From Prorocentrum cordatum (Eukaryota): DNA of 64,000 bases. A program made the position numbers and the translations under genes. The stretch spans positions 124,001 through 188,000 of the forward strand of contig CAUYUJ010000325.1 in assembly GCA_963575745.1 (NCBI GenBank), given 5' to 3'. Below the pieces are notes generated by a model. It was given only the letters and a program-made list of their open reading frames with translations. It searched no databases and was not told the DNA's origin. Shown piece by piece: positions 45,758 to 59,948 of the stretch (position 1 is the stretch's first letter; every line of letters starts with the position of its first letter).

Positions 45758-46459
45758 GCACGGCGCGTCCCTCCTCCCCTCCTCCTCCTGTTTCCCCTCC
45801 TCCTCCTCATCCTCCTCATCCTCCTCCTTCCCCCCCTCCTCCTCTCCTCCTCCTCCTCCTCCTCCTCCTGCTCCTCCTCCTCCTCCTACTCTTCCTCCTC
45901 CCCCTCCTCCTCCTCCTCCTCCTCCTCCTCCTCCTCCTCCTCCTCCCCCTCCTCCTCCCCCCCAGTCAGCCGGGCGGCGGTCGGGAGCGGCGCCGCTCCT
46001 ACGCCAGGCAGAGCCCGAGGCCCTCCGAGCAGATCGCACACGGCAGAGCTGACCTGGCATGGACGGCCGCGGCGGGAGGGAGAGGGCGCACGGGAGGGGC
46101 GAATGAGGAGAGGAGGAGGAGAGGAGGAGGCAAGGCAAGGCAAGATGAGAATGAGCGAGGCAAGACAGAGAGGGAGGAAAGCTGCCGTTGAGGTCAAACT
46201 CTGTTTTTTCCCAATAAGAACCCAACTGGGAGGAGGAGGAGGAGGAGGAGGAAGAGGAGGAGGAGGGGGAGGGGGAGGCGGAGGTGGAGGAGGAGGAGGG
46301 AGGAGGAGAGAAGGACAAGGATGATCCAGGAGAGGAGGAGGCGATGAGGACGGAGGGAGGGCGAGACTCGGGGTGAGAGGCTAGAGGAGGGGGAAGGGGG
46401 AGACAGCAAACACACAATCAACATCACATTCACAATGTCACATGCGTGCTGCACTTACC

Positions 46460-48834
46460 CTAGCACTGATCAGCGTTCTCTCCAACATCCCTCACCTTCA
46501 CCTGCGCAAAGGAGAGCAAATAAACATGATCGGCGTGCCCGCTGCCGTCGCAGCCCTTCCAGATAGCAGGGACGCAGTCGTGAACACGAGGAAAGCTCTT
46601 GATATCGACAGACTTCGCAATTGCAACTGTCCGTGCACAAGCTGAGTGCATGGCCAACAGACAGAACGGACACGCACGAGCACCAGAGGAGCCGCACGCG
46701 AGGCAGGGCAGATCGCCAGCGTCGACATCAGGAGATCGCACCTGACGCAACGCCGTCGCCCACATACTCTGAAGACGCAGTACAGGTGCAGGCAGCGGTG
46801 GTCGATTGTTCACAGCGAGCCCACCTGACGTCATGATCTTCGTCGGCCCAGGACCAGCCACCTTCGCCAGTCGAATGCCCACCGACCGCAATATGATATG
46901 TGCATCGTCGAACGACTCCTCCTTGCCGTGGTGATACTTTGGGCGGCGATGCAAATCTTGCTCAACGACTCGCCCGCGCATGGTGTCGACCGAGGTCCAA
47001 TTCACCAACACAGGTTCAATGCCATCAGCTCTCACAACTAGTGACATGTGACGGCCCTCGCCAAGAATTGCGAGCTGATCATCTCTCGCGTACACTACTG
47101 CAACCACGCTAGACTCATAATGTTCACGCCACTTCGCGTACGGTGAATCGACAAGCTCTTCAAGACCACCACCGGCAACTGCACCACTCTCACCAGCACC
47201 GACTGCACAATTGCCGATGATACTGTTCAGCATGAGCTCATCGTCAACCTCGGCCGGCGTCAGGGACGGGGCGAAGTCAGCTTTCAAATCTGCATCACTG
47301 GGCATCGCGTAGCCGCCAGCAGAGTCTGCGGTCTTCGCAGCTGCGGCGAGCACGGCAGCCTCTGCAGCCGACGCATCATTCTCGCCCGACGCGACTCGGT
47401 CGGCCTCTATGATTCTCTCCAGCTCGTTCTCCAGCTCAGTGCCGCCAACTATGCCAGCGACCGCGGACGCAAGTGCCTCTCCCAGGGCAACAACATTCAC
47501 AGGCAGCGCTGCCCCTTCGGCCCCTTCGGCCCCAGTTGATGGCAACTCGTCGCCAGCGATTTCAAATAACCACGAATCTGGATCGAGTTCAAAGCGATCA
47601 CCTGCACTGAAGGCACCGACAGCAGTAGTGCGCCGTCGGCGAACAAGTGCAGGTGGCTCTGGGGTCAATGTGACAACGTCTGATACTGGAACACCCGACG
47701 ACCATCCAAGCTGCGGCATCCAGTCGTCTGCATCAATGGGACGGGGCGCATGCCAAATTATTTCAACGATCATATAATCTAATGAGCCCGTCTCCAGAAC
47801 ACCAGCCCGATACCGCGCAAACATTTCCAGCGTGGACAAGATATGCAATGGCAACACAAGCGAAATAAACCCATCATCATCCGCACGCGCCATGATCATT
47901 GTACCCACACTATGTGCCTTGTCAGCGCATATATAAAGCATGTTGCCTACAGTATACTCTCCAAAACAGATGGCTTCAGACATGTGTGGTGAGCCACGTG
48001 AACGCTGAGCTTGGTTCCACAATACACTCCAAGGGGTCGCCCACGCTAGCTCTTCAACACTAAGATCATGATCAGGCGGCTTGAACTTCGGAAGCAACTC
48101 AGAAACATCAGATGAAGATGGCAGCTGTCCTGGAAGCGGCAGCGGCGGGGATGACCAGCGGAGTTGCTCGAACCCTATATCATCTGCACCGTCTACGTTC
48201 AGAAGACACCGATCAAACACAACCTTGACATCATCACATATTGCAGACCATTTCGTCATGTGCACCGGCGGCAGCTGCGATTTCAGCTGCACCCGACTGC
48301 ACAGGAGCTCCAGCGAGATGGACGGCGCCCTGTTGCCCTGGATCTTGATCAGGGAGTTCGTGGACTCGACCGGCCGGCTGCTCGCCTGCCGGGGGGGGGA
48401 TGGGGCTGGGAGGTGGGGGATGGTTATCCTCGTCCGTCCTCCTCTTTCTCACCCGCATCGTCGGTCCCTTTTCTCCTTTACCTTCCTCTCCACCTCCTCA
48501 GCCTTTCCCGGGCCCCCTCCTCCATCTCCCTCATCAATCCCATCGCGTCCGCGTTTGGGCGGGGCGGCGGACAAGGCACGCACTTACGAACGCGAGGAGA
48601 TGATGGGGAGGATAGCGTGCAGGAGGTGGGTGGGGGGAGCCAGGGCAGCAGTGCAGCAGCTGCCCGTAGAGGGTGGAAGGGCGAGGCATGACGGGAAGGA
48701 GTCAGAGAGGGGATGAGAGAGGTAAAGAGAGAGAGAGAGGGAGAGAAAGAGAAGGAATAAGGAGAGAGAGAGAGAGAGAGAGCGCGCGAGAGATATGTTG
48801 AGGGTGAGATGGAGGGATGGGCGAGCGAATGTTG

Positions 48835-48920
<86 letters not shown>

Positions 48921-48963
48921 AGGAGAGAGTGAGTGAGTGAGCGAGAGCGAGCGAGAGAGGAGC

Positions 48964-49026
<63 letters not shown>

Positions 49027-52000
49027 AGCAGATATAGCAGAGGGGATGCCTTCAGATCGCGGCCAATCTGGTGCACGACCGTCCACAAGCGCGACGGGCA
49101 CTGGCCGTCCTGCGCAGCCGAAGCGATCTCCTGGGGCTGGCGGTGACGACGACTGCTCCCCTGCCCCTTGCCTGCCCCCGTCCCGCGTCGCCCCCCCCCC
49201 TCACCTCCCAAGCCCACCTCCCCCCTCCGCCGCCTCCCCCACCCCCTCCATCCTCCACATTCCACCGACGTCGACCGACATTAAAGGCCCCAGGAGGGGG
49301 CCCCATGGGGGCCCAGCAGTCGGCGTCGGAGCCGGGTCGAGTCCGAGTCCGAGTCCAGGGGGGCTGCCGAAGCGTCGCCTGCAGCAGCCCCAGACGTCAG
49401 GGCATCGGACTCGGGCTCCACTTGGCCCAACCGAGCCCGACGACCCGATGTCTGTCGTTGCCGTGGGCGGCGCTGCGGCACAGGGGTTCTAGACAGACTA
49501 CCCAACGCGTCCTCGCTGAATAGCCGCTTCAGTTTTCGAATGTTGATTTCCAGCGACGCGCTCGGGGTGTCCATGATCTCGCCAGCAACTCGTTGCCGCA
49601 TGGGGCACGGAACTGACGGGTGCCGCCAGGAGATGTAGAAGATGCGGAAGGGCCACCTGGCGACAGAGTGAGCCGCCGCCGATTCGCATGGTTGTTGGAC
49701 GATGCGGTGCCAGCTCGGTCCCGGGGCCCTGGGGGGGCCGCTGTTCCGAGCTAGGTCCAGCCCAGACGTGGCAGCGTTCCGAGCTTGGTCCAGCCGTGGT
49801 GACGCCAGCGCTGGCAACGCGCATCGTCCACAACACCGCGCTGCGCTACCGTCGACGGGGGGACGCACGGCACGGGCAACTCGGACGGCGGCGGAGGCGG
49901 CAGGAGGGAGAGGAGGAGAAGGAGGAGGAGGGGAGGAGGAGGAGGAGGAGGAGGAGGAGGAGGAGGAGGGGGAGGGATAGGTCCCAGGGGGGGAGATGAA
50001 GAGGAGGGGGTGAGTTATCACCTCCGTCGGTAGCCATTTTGGGTCATGGTTCCTCCGCCTCCTCCACTCATCACCCCCCCCGGGTCCTCCCCCACCGTTC
50101 TCCTCGCCATCTGGGGAGTCAAGTAGCCGCCGAGCGAGTTGCCCAGCGTGGTAACTGTCGCGAAGCGATTAGATGGGAGGCGGGGTGGTGGTTCTGATCA
50201 GCCTGCCCCGATCTACCGTCGCAGCGGCTGCGCGATCCTGCGGTAGAAGCCAGCAGCGCGAAACGATATCATGCTCTGCGCCAATCCCCACAGCCAGTCG
50301 TGGTCGAGCGGCGGCGCGCTCGATATCGTCTCCCTCCACCAGCCGTCAGTATACATCGCAAAATATTCAAGCAAGAACTCATCTGTTTTGCCAGTGGCAA
50401 GCTTGGCGACAGGACCCACGCAATGGCACAGTGCTTTCTCTTTGAAAACGTCAATGGCCTGATGCTGCAATAGAAAGTTCTCGAAATGCTCACCCGGCGC
50501 GTGGGCGCGGCGTGACATCTCAAGGATAACCCAAAACGACTTGCAAGACTCAAGGGCACACGCGTCGAGGACGTCTCTGCGCCATCTGCCGACCTTCTCG
50601 GAATACTGTTGTTGATCGTGAATCGCCAACCCATTCAGTTCATCACGCCGAGGCTTCGTCGCCACCGCATCGCCGCTAGCTGCGTCGGCGGCGGCGACGG
50701 CAGCTCCGAGGGCCTCGAGCTTGAGAGCGTCGGTCAAGGACATCGGCGAAGCATCAGACGCCGACGCCTTCTTCAAAATCACACCCGTGAGCACCGATGA
50801 TATCTTAGTAGACCCAGCGGCAACATATCTGTGCTGCACTGCATTGATGGACCCCCAGCGCCCAGCAACACATTTCGGGGGGAGCGTGAGCGCGTGCTGC
50901 ACAGCGTCGACCGCACCGTATTTCGCAGTCCAATCAGAGAAAATGCGTTTTGAAAGCTCTCTCCACACATTTGTGATTCTGCACAACGTTGGATAATACC
51001 GAAAAGACTTGCCTGACCTCTTGAGCGCGTCCTCTATTATCAGAAGGCCACCTTTCACCAACAAGTGATACTGATGCTCAAGACAGTGCAGGTCTACATA
51101 CAAAGCGTTCGACATGGGGGCAACCAAAACCGTCAACATCCGCTTGACAGCTCTCTGATCTGAACCAGCATCGGTGACGTTGAGGCATGCGACCACGGCC
51201 ACGAGGCCGTCGCCAGGGATGGTCGTGGGCACTTCTGTCCAGAGTGGAACGCCGAGGGACTGCAACTGTTTCAGCGTCAAAGCGAACGCACCATCACGCG
51301 TTCCCGTCTCAACTGGCAAAATATCGGCTAGATGTGATCGCGAAGCAAAAGCCTCCGCGTGACAAAGGTTTCCAGAAATAAGGTTCACGTGCCACTTATT
51401 ATCGCTCGACGCCGCCACTGTTGTCTGCACGAATAAACTGTGAAGTTTCCTCTGGGCAGAAAAAAAACACTCTACCCGCTCTTCCTCTTATCAGTCTGAT
51501 CAGGGCCCCACGAGAGGAAGTTCAAAGAGGAGCGATTGGGGAAGGGGGGCGGAGCGGGGAAGGAGGCGATGATGATATTGAGGAGGGGGGGGGAGTGAGG
51601 CAGGAGGGAGGAGGGGGGGAAGAGGAGGACGCGGTGGAGGAGGAGGAGGAGGAGGAGGAGAGGGAGGAGGAGGGGGGGTGATCACGGTGATCACTGACCA
51701 CCGCGTGCATATTACTTTGGAGACCCCCCATTGGTCCTCCTCTGCCACACGGCCGAGTTGGTCGCGTCCGCCATCCAGGATATACAGGCCAGTGCCAGGC
51801 GACCAGGTTCTGACGCAGTTCTGGAGTTCAGGTATCCCCACGCAGCCCTAATCAGGTTATGGAACGTGCGACTGCTGGCAACCAAAGCTGACCCCGCGAA
51901 CACTTCCGCCCTGCCAATTGTTTGTTGCGAAATATCAAAACACATGATCATTCCAACATGTCTTTGCGCTATGTTCGTGAGGTTGCGGCGTATGCCGAGA

Positions 52001-53031
52001 GCCAGCTTACCTTGTTGAGTCAATTGTTTGCCCCCCCTCTTCTGGATATCAAGATATGAGCTCCGACGCCGAAACTCAGCCAGCTCCCGGTTTGCATGTT
52101 TCAGTTTCTTCCTGACCTCCACCAGCGCGTCAGATTTGCGGCGCGCCCGCTGCGACAACAGAACGTTCCTGGAGAATGATGAGACGGAGAAGCGGGGGGC
52201 AGGGCTCCGTGTACACGTCGGTCGCGGCAGGCAGCGTGAAGTAGGAAAACAAGCCTTGATAACAGCTTGGCGTCGCCACCTTCAAAGCGAGGAGCTGCTC
52301 CTCGTTGCTTGAAGTAGGACGGCGTTTGACATATACCGGGGCCTGGGGAATCCAGAAACCACATGCTTTAAACGACCGACAAGTACACTCACATCATTCA
52401 CCTTGCCCCCCGCTTCCACATCTCATCATTCAAAAGGGTCCTGCGTTTCAGCCTGGCGATCTGCACGGCGTGGTCCGCGTCGGGCTGACGCGCCTGCATC
52501 GCGAAGCGACTGTATGTGTTGTTCCATCCACCACCACCTCCACTCTCAACCTCGTTCTCATCCTCCCATCCACCACCTTCCTCCTTAGTTTCCCTGACAA
52601 CGCGCCTGGGCTGGGACGAGTTGGCCAGCGTCAGCCTGTCCAGCTGGCACGACCGCGCCGCCCGAGGGAACAATCGGAACAATCTGATGTTGATGGTGGC
52701 GCTGCTGGTTGCGCTGGCAAACTGCTGCGGCCGTCGCACAAACGCGTGTCCAGTCAGGGCCCGACACGTGACAACCAGCATCACTGAGAACAACTAGCAC
52801 CACATCAGGGTCGAGGAGCCCAATATCCCCACTGCGCTCCATCAGCCACTGGCGATGCCCAGCGATCGCCTCAGTAATTCGCCGCCTGAGAGCACCATCG
52901 CGACCCGACGCGGTCGATGCGAACTGCTGCGATGCCACACCATCCAGCAGCAATCGAAAGCCGACGCCGTCGAGCCACACGCCAGCGCCGACCAGCGCAA
53001 CGCGCACAGGCTGCCGTCCGACGGCGGCCAT
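46460..53031 (-). CDS. hAT-like DDE transposase, ~1430 aa, 7 exons (53031-52606, 52493-52441, 52168-51737, 51449-50217, 49656-49512, 49130-49050, 48385-46460)
   Basis: The exons splice in frame (4296 nt). Motifs: D1 ADATNS, D2 TDAGSD, CxxH CLEHQYH, RW GRWGS, and E PVESTNSLIK..RAPSISLELL. There is a C-terminal CxxC..CxxC..HxxC zinc finger. The 5' start and last exon are uncertain. Confidence 0.85.
48715..49023. repeat. (GA)n microsatellite inside a transposase intron
   Basis: Directly visible. Confidence 0.95.
50030..50046 (+). other. Spliced-leader relic antisense within a transposase intron
   Basis: GTAGCCATTTTGGGTCA (16/17). Confidence 0.65.
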
Positions 53032-54846
53032 ATCCCAGAAGCCCTGGACACTGGAAACTTGAGAAATGAAACGGCACTACGATAAACCAAACAGTTTGCG
53101 ATCCTCGTGAAGCCCTCCTTGTCCTCATCCGTCTCCCCCACCTCCTCCTTCCCGTCCGTCTCCTCCACCTCCTCCTCCTACTCCTCCTCCTCCTCTCCTT
53201 CTTCTCCGCCGTGCGTGTCAAGGTTTTCCTCTCCTTATTTCATAGGGAGATCGATTTGAACCCCCGTACCCTGTATGTTGCCCTCCCCTCGGACATCGCG
53301 CGCGTGATCGCCCTCGCATGTGCAGTTAGAAGGCGCTACCACGCAGGAGTGCGATGGCGATGCTTGCCACGCGCGTGGGCTACGCGCGTTGTTCTTTCAC
53401 TGAGTGTCAGTGCGTAGCCGCGGCTCGCGACGATCGAATGGCTTCAAGCACGGCCAGACCAGACTCGCCAGTTGGCGCTCGTGTCACGGGGGCGCGCGCA
53501 CAAGGGACGTTGACGCCTGCAGGCGCGAAGCGTGTGAAAGAGCGACCTCAACGAAGCCGAGTTAGTCACGCGGCCTCCATGGCCGAACGGCGCGCCCGCC
53601 GTCGATTGACAACCCGCGCCCGACAGGCCAAAGAACGAGGCACGCGCTATTGCCTTCAAGTGGCGGCCCTGGTTGGCCCAGGTGGTTGGTGTAACATATG
53701 CGGCCGACGACGCCGATGCCATTGGACGCCCAGCTCCGCTACCACGGTCGCGCGCAGCAGCCTCATCGAGTCAGCTGCGCCCGATGGCCGACCCACCAAC
53801 CCACGGAACGCGCGACAGGCGGAGCCGCGCGCACGAGCATAACAACTAATACTACTAGCACGGCACGCCCGCATATACAGTGCAAGCCAACGCTGATCCT
53901 CGTCCTTCCAGCTCGTTGTCCTCCCTCTCCTCCACCTACTCAGCCTCCGCCTCTTCAATCCCCTCGCCCGCATCCTTGTCGTTCTCATTCGTCTCTGCCT
54001 CATCTTGCTCATCCCCCTCCTCCTTCGCATCTTCCTCCTCCTCCTCCCGTGAGTTTCGTTACCACGACTTGCAACGCGCTGCCCATGGCATGCGAAGGGG
54101 GCTGGCGGAGATGCGAAGCATCATATGATATGCGACGCAAGAACACGAAGCAACTTTTTCAAAGCGGAGGCCTCCCCGCCACCGCGCCTGTCGGAGACAC
54201 GTTCGAACTCTCGGAATGCATCGCGAGCCCCAACCGCGATGACCTTGCTCCGCCCTCGAGGCCGTCTACGGCTCGCTGCATCGTCGGGCTACTCCGAACG
54301 AGCAGGTGGACGCGGCAGTCGGCCTGGCCGAAACGGGAAGCGCAGCCTCGAGTCGAACCGAATCCCCCAAGGACAACCGCAAGTCGGACGTCACGATTGC
54401 ACCCTGGAGCGTTTGCACGGTGAAACTGCCAGTTGAGGCGCGAGCCCCCCAGAGGACCCCACCACGACCAAACCCCAGAAGTAAAAAATAGCAGCCGATG
54501 GGACCACAAAAAACAACACTCCTGGGGCTTCGCATTGGCATGCCCTGGGGCCTTTCCAACAGAGTCCTGGTGCGCATAGTTCCCAAGGCCATTCGAACCC
54601 GTTCTCCTCCCACACCGTCCCCCTCCCTTGCGCCCACCTACTTCCACCTACATCTCCTCCCGCTCTCCCTATTCGTCTCCACCCGTTTCCGCGGGCTCTA
54701 TCGTCAGCGAGTCTTCGGGGGGCGGTTCGAAACCAGACGAGCGCAGCCGCCGCATCTCCCAGCGCCCTCACCTCCCCACCCCCCGTTTGCCTTCTTAGAC
54801 TCACCCTTCTCCCACTCCTCCTCCCCACTGAGCCCGCGGGGCGCAC

Positions 54847-57800
54847 TCAGTCTGCGTCCTCCTCAGGGCCAGGCGGATCCTCCGAGAAGAGACCATCGAT
54901 TGGGCAGCTCTCCGTGGTCTCGCCACGAATCAAATGATACTTGGCCCACAAGTCCCGAAGCACTAACACCGCGCTCCACCTGTGGCCGTGGAGGTGCCAG
55001 CTCTTCGAGAAGCGCTTGAACGGCGGGAAGTGGGAATGCCACGAGCCATTCACGCTCCCGCGCCAGATGAAACCCCCTGGTGGCACCAAGGGCTTCAAAT
55101 CCGTCTGAACCAAGTCGCCCTCGGGGAGCTTCTTCTTCTCGGGCTCCTTGCCTTTGCCCTTGCCCTTGTGGCCCCTGCCGCGGCCCGCGCCGCCTTTGGC
55201 TGGCGGCGCTGCCCCCCTCAGCACCTTGGCCTTCTTGCGGAAGGTCTCCCTGTACTCCTTCCTCTCGAACTTCTGCTGCTGGGCATGCTTCTTCACCTGG
55301 TCGAACACTTCCCCGTCGCCCTTGCCGAAGTACTCCCAGCTGCCTTCCACGTCCAAGAACAGGTTGATCGTGTTCGCCTCTTTCGCGAGCAGCGACGACA
55401 ACCGCAAGGCCAGTATGTTCATCATCTCCGTGGGCGTTGGATCCAAGACGTGCTGGATCAACACCTCAAGCACGTTCATCAACGTGCAAGGCGATGGAAG
55501 CTCCAAGCCAAGATGAGAAGCCAATCTCGAACACCAAGTCTTATTCATCTTCCCGAAACAAGACCGCGCTGCAACAACCAGAAGATCCTCGCGATCACCA
55601 TTGGCGAACGGCCGAATGCCAGCCGACTTGAAGTGCGCCTTGTAGTTGGCAATCCCACCACAGCTCATAATCTGCACGTGCGGGCATGTCCAATGGATCT
55701 TCTGAGCCTCCCATCCCCGCAGATCAGACACGAGGTGATACAAACTGCGCGGTTCCTTAACCTGGGCTGGCTTGAAATACGTGATGTCGCCAACAGGGGA
55801 CTTCACAGTCACCAAGTCCATGGGCCACATGATAGAAGCGCCGTTAGGTAAGGACCCCATTGCCAACATCCACCCAGAATCTGCATCCCCATGCACGCCC
55901 TTCTTCCTGACAACCATGTCGTTCAAGAGGTGGATGACCTCCCCGAGCCACGCGAACTGCAGCTCGTCCTCAGTGCCCGTGCGAACTGCAAACTCCACGA
56001 TGGGCAAATCACCGAAAGGCACGCCAAGCCGCTCGACACCAGGCGAATGCCAGAAGGGTTCCTGCTTGAAAGACGTGACTTTCAAGAAGTCATTCGGCAG
56101 GTCTTTCATCTTGATGGTGTAGTCCGACAATTGGTGACAAGCTCCTCGAGGGATGTCGGCACTCTGCGAGAACCCTGTACTGCGAAACCTGTGCTTCTCA
56201 TGCAGCACGTTGCCGTTCACCAGCTTGTTGTGCAACGACGTCAGGCTGGCCATCCTGTTCTGGTGCGTGCTACGCGCCTTCAGCAAGTTGAAGCTGTCTT
56301 CGCAGGCCTGAGACAAAAGGATTCGACTGTTCGCCTGTTTGAAGAAATCCATAACCTCGTCCGTAAACTCGAAGTCGCTCTCCTTGAAGACCTGGTACAC
56401 TTGCTGGACGGAGACGTCGTTGAAAGAGCTGCGCTCGACCACCTCCTTGATGCCTCGCACTGTGCCCACCAAGGTCTGCAACCTCTCGAAGTTCTCAAAG
56501 TCCTTGCGCAACAGGGCCAAGTCTTCCTTCGCGACGGCGTCATCTCGAACGAACCTGGCGGACCTGGAGTTCCAACCGACCAGCATCCAAGACATGCGCT
56601 TGAGTCTGTGGAAGTTGATGCCGATGGCCGAATGGGCGAGCATGGCAGCAATCTCATCTTCTTCGGCTACCACCTGGTCACTCGAGATGTTCGCGATGCT
56701 CGCCTCCGTGGCGACGGTGAACCCGCATTCTGGCATGGAGCCGATGGTATCGAGAACGTTGAAGGTCTCCATGCACGCGCCTAGGAACTCGGAGTCAAGC
56801 TGCCTCGTGACGAAGGGGACGGCAGCGCCAACTGATCGAAGCTCTGCGTTAGATTTCCCCATCCACTGCTCCCACGGGGTCGCTGCGTGAACCATGCAGG
56901 CGTCCTTCGCCTTGCAATCTGAGCTGAGCATCTCCATCAGGCCAGTGACCATCTGATTGCAGCCCTGCTTGCGCAACTTCTTCTCGGCGGACGTGTCCTT
57001 CTTGGCGGCTGTGTCTGCGTTGGGGTCGTCGAGGTTGGCGTCGTTTTCGCACAACATCTTGGTGAAAGCCCTGCCGTGCAGCATGTCTAGCTCTTGGCAC
57101 GCAGCCATGTAGAAGAACTTGCGCTGCTCGAAGTGCGGCAACTCCGACCTCAACTTGCGAATGATGTCCCCGTAACGCCCTATCATGATCTTGGTCCCCC
57201 TGTTCGTGAAAGCGTTGGAGGTCTTCAAGTGCTCCCAGAACGCGACGGGCGGCTCATCTGTCTGAAGGAACTTCACACCAGCGGGCTCGTGCATGAGGGC
57301 GTGCTCCATGTCTGCAAAGAACGGCAGCTCGCGCGGGTGCTCGTACTTGTCGAAGAGCTCTCCAGCACATCCAAGCACTTGCTTCCAGCGCATGTTCTCA
57401 AGCCACGGTGATACGGGTATATTGAGCCGCAAAGCTACAAATGCCATGCGATGGTACTCGCCTGCTTCCCTGAAGCCGTCCATGATGTCGTTGTGTGCTC
57501 CGTGCGTCTGGTCCCAAGGCATATCTACGTTGAGATTGAGAACCTTCGCAGCAAACCCAGCAGCGCAGACTCCATCGGACCCCTGGTCGGCACATATCGA
57601 CAAGCGGGGCCAGTTGATTGCTTTGTCCCTCTTCTCGAGTTCAGCAGGCTGACGGAAATGACAAGCTCCATGGTCGAGGAACGGCTTCAACATCTTATCG
57701 AGGTGGCCAATCCACTGCAGACTGCTCTTCCTATGCCTCTTCGGAGGCCTCCAATCCGCCTGGCCCCTGGCACCGCGCTTCCTCTTGAGGAATGCTCGCT

Positions 57801-59948
57801 GCCTCTCCGCGATCTTCTTCTTGGCAGCCTCGAACTCATCAGCACTGATAGCCTCGGCGATCGTCAAGTCGCCGACGTAGTCTGCAACGTCCTCCAGGCT
57901 CCGAGGCGGCAAGCCCTGGAGAACCTCGAGGTCTCTATCCGCACGCCGGCCTCTCCGAGGCCGCGGCGGCCCGACCGCGGGAGGGCGCCATGCGGGGGTT
58001 CGGCCCTCCCGCTCGATACATTGCGCAAAAGTGAACCCCCGTATGGAGCCCTCAGGCCCCGAACCCCCGTATGGCGTCCTCCCCGCGGTCTGTTGGAACC
58101 GTCGGTCTCCATAGGCTTGCTGCCGCGGCAGCCTCGGTCCTGAACGGGAGCCCAGAAGGCCCTGTTGTCTGGCAACGCGAACACGCCCGTCTCCAAGCCG
58201 AACGTCTGCACCCTGGATTTGTCCACTGCGCCTGACAAGAACTGGCAGCCCCTGGACTTCATGACATCCTTCGCGGCCATGGTGTACAAGTAGTTCTGGT
58301 GGTCTGGATCAACGTTCTCTTCGACTAGCTCCATGACGAGTCCTGCCTTGGCAACGACCCCCTGGCTCGACTTAGCAGCCAAGTCAAGTAAGTGCTCGTC
58401 AACTGCCTGGCCCACGCGCACCGCCATCTGCATGAAGAAACTCTTGACTGCGACGTGCTTCGCTGGGTATGCGAACAACCTCACCATCATGTCATTGAAG
58501 TTCACAACGAGGGAATTGCAGAGCACATCGTACTGGATTGCATTCAACAAGTTAGACGCCTTCCGATTCGTCTTCGCAAGCTTCGCAAGGCCACCGAAGT
58601 CGACAGCACCATCAGGCTTCACGACAAGCGAAAAAGGCTTCTGACCATGTAGCACGCCGAAGTCGTCAAGGTGAGCGTCGCTCGCGAAAAAGACAAACTT
58701 GTAGCCGCCAGGGCGAAACAACACGTGCGAAACAAGCGTGGTCAGAAACTGTTTCACTGCCTCCCTCTCATCGGAATCCTGCAAACCCCCTGACTGCACG
58801 TTGGCTCTGCCCATGCGGCCCATCCATGCGATCAAACACACTGAAGATACAGACTTGAATCTGAGAACCCTGGAGCTGTCGATAGCGAGCTTGTCATCAT
58901 CCTCGGATTCACCAGAAACTTTCCCATTCAGAAATCCAGAGATACCAAGTGCAGAGACGCTTGACGCCCAACTGTTCCAACGCTTGTTGATGTATTTATG
59001 TTTGGTCTTCTCGGCCGCCTTGCTTTCGTCGCCACGCTTGAAGCCAAATGCATCGTATAAACATGGCACGCTCCAATATAAGTAGCATCCATGCCGAGGC
59101 AATGCAAACTTAGAGACAGTAAGATCCTCATACGCAGTGTTACCGTGCTTGACCCTCAAACTCCACGAAGTAAACGAATCCCTGAGAGAGCTCAGCGAAC
59201 GGATAACTGTATCCCTTTTGCTGCCGGTAACAATCAGGATGGAATTGGACGCATCTGACCGCACGTCAAAATTGAAGACCCAAGAAAGATCAAGGCGCAC
59301 GGGGTGCTCGCCGTCCGCTTCAGAGATAGCAATGACCATGCCGTCGAGAATGATGGTCTCCCACTCGAACTCCGACTGCGGCAGGCGCCCGATCTCGCGG
59401 GTGATTGCGTTCCCCACGCAGTCGCACCCCAGCTGGTAGTCATAGAATATACTGATGTCCTCGGCGCGCTTAGCGTTGCTCAGCTTCTCGGCGGCCGCGG
59501 CTGCAGCGTCCGACTCGGCGTCGCTGAGGTCGACGGGCGTCGCCGTGCCGCCAACGCAGTCGCCGCCGTCTGGCTCTCCGAAAGCTTCGTCGGCATCAGG
59601 TCCGAGCCCCCCGTCATCTGAGAAGGGAACATCAGCACCAACTGCGCCATCAAGGTCGGGCATGTCCACGTGCATCGGAGCCCCTTTCAAGTCGAGATGC
59701 GGGTGGCCATCGCCGCCTGCGTGGTCATCTGGGCCTTCGGGCTCTGGGTGAACAACCGAAGTAGCGGCGAACCACTGCCCGATGGCGGTCACGATGGCCA
59801 GTCGGCTGAAATCGCGACCGCCCAGCGTCGCAGCATCATTGCCACCGAGGCGAGCGATCGCATCGCCGACGGCATCCTTGCCATCGTTGAGGAATCGCCT
59901 CAAAAGGGCTCGGACGTCATCGGCATCGCCACCGACAGCACCTGCCAT
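54847..59948 (-). CDS. Second large DDE transposase-like protein (hAT/MULE-type fold), ~1625 aa, 2 exons (59948-58140, 57915-54847)
   Basis: Two long ORFs are joined by a GA-AG intron. Candidate catalytic residues: D1 AVDKSRV, D2 CADQGSDG, DxxH WDQTHGAHND, and E SQACEDSFN. The C-terminal region is basic. Confidence 0.75.

Noticed and set aside
53444..53722. Additional 5' exon of the hAT-like gene
   Set aside because: I could not join it in frame without stops.
54982..57652. Plus-strand ORFs opposite the transposase (and similarly at 34.2-36.0 and 60.7-62.1 kb)
   Set aside because: They are antisense shadows of GC3-rich genes.
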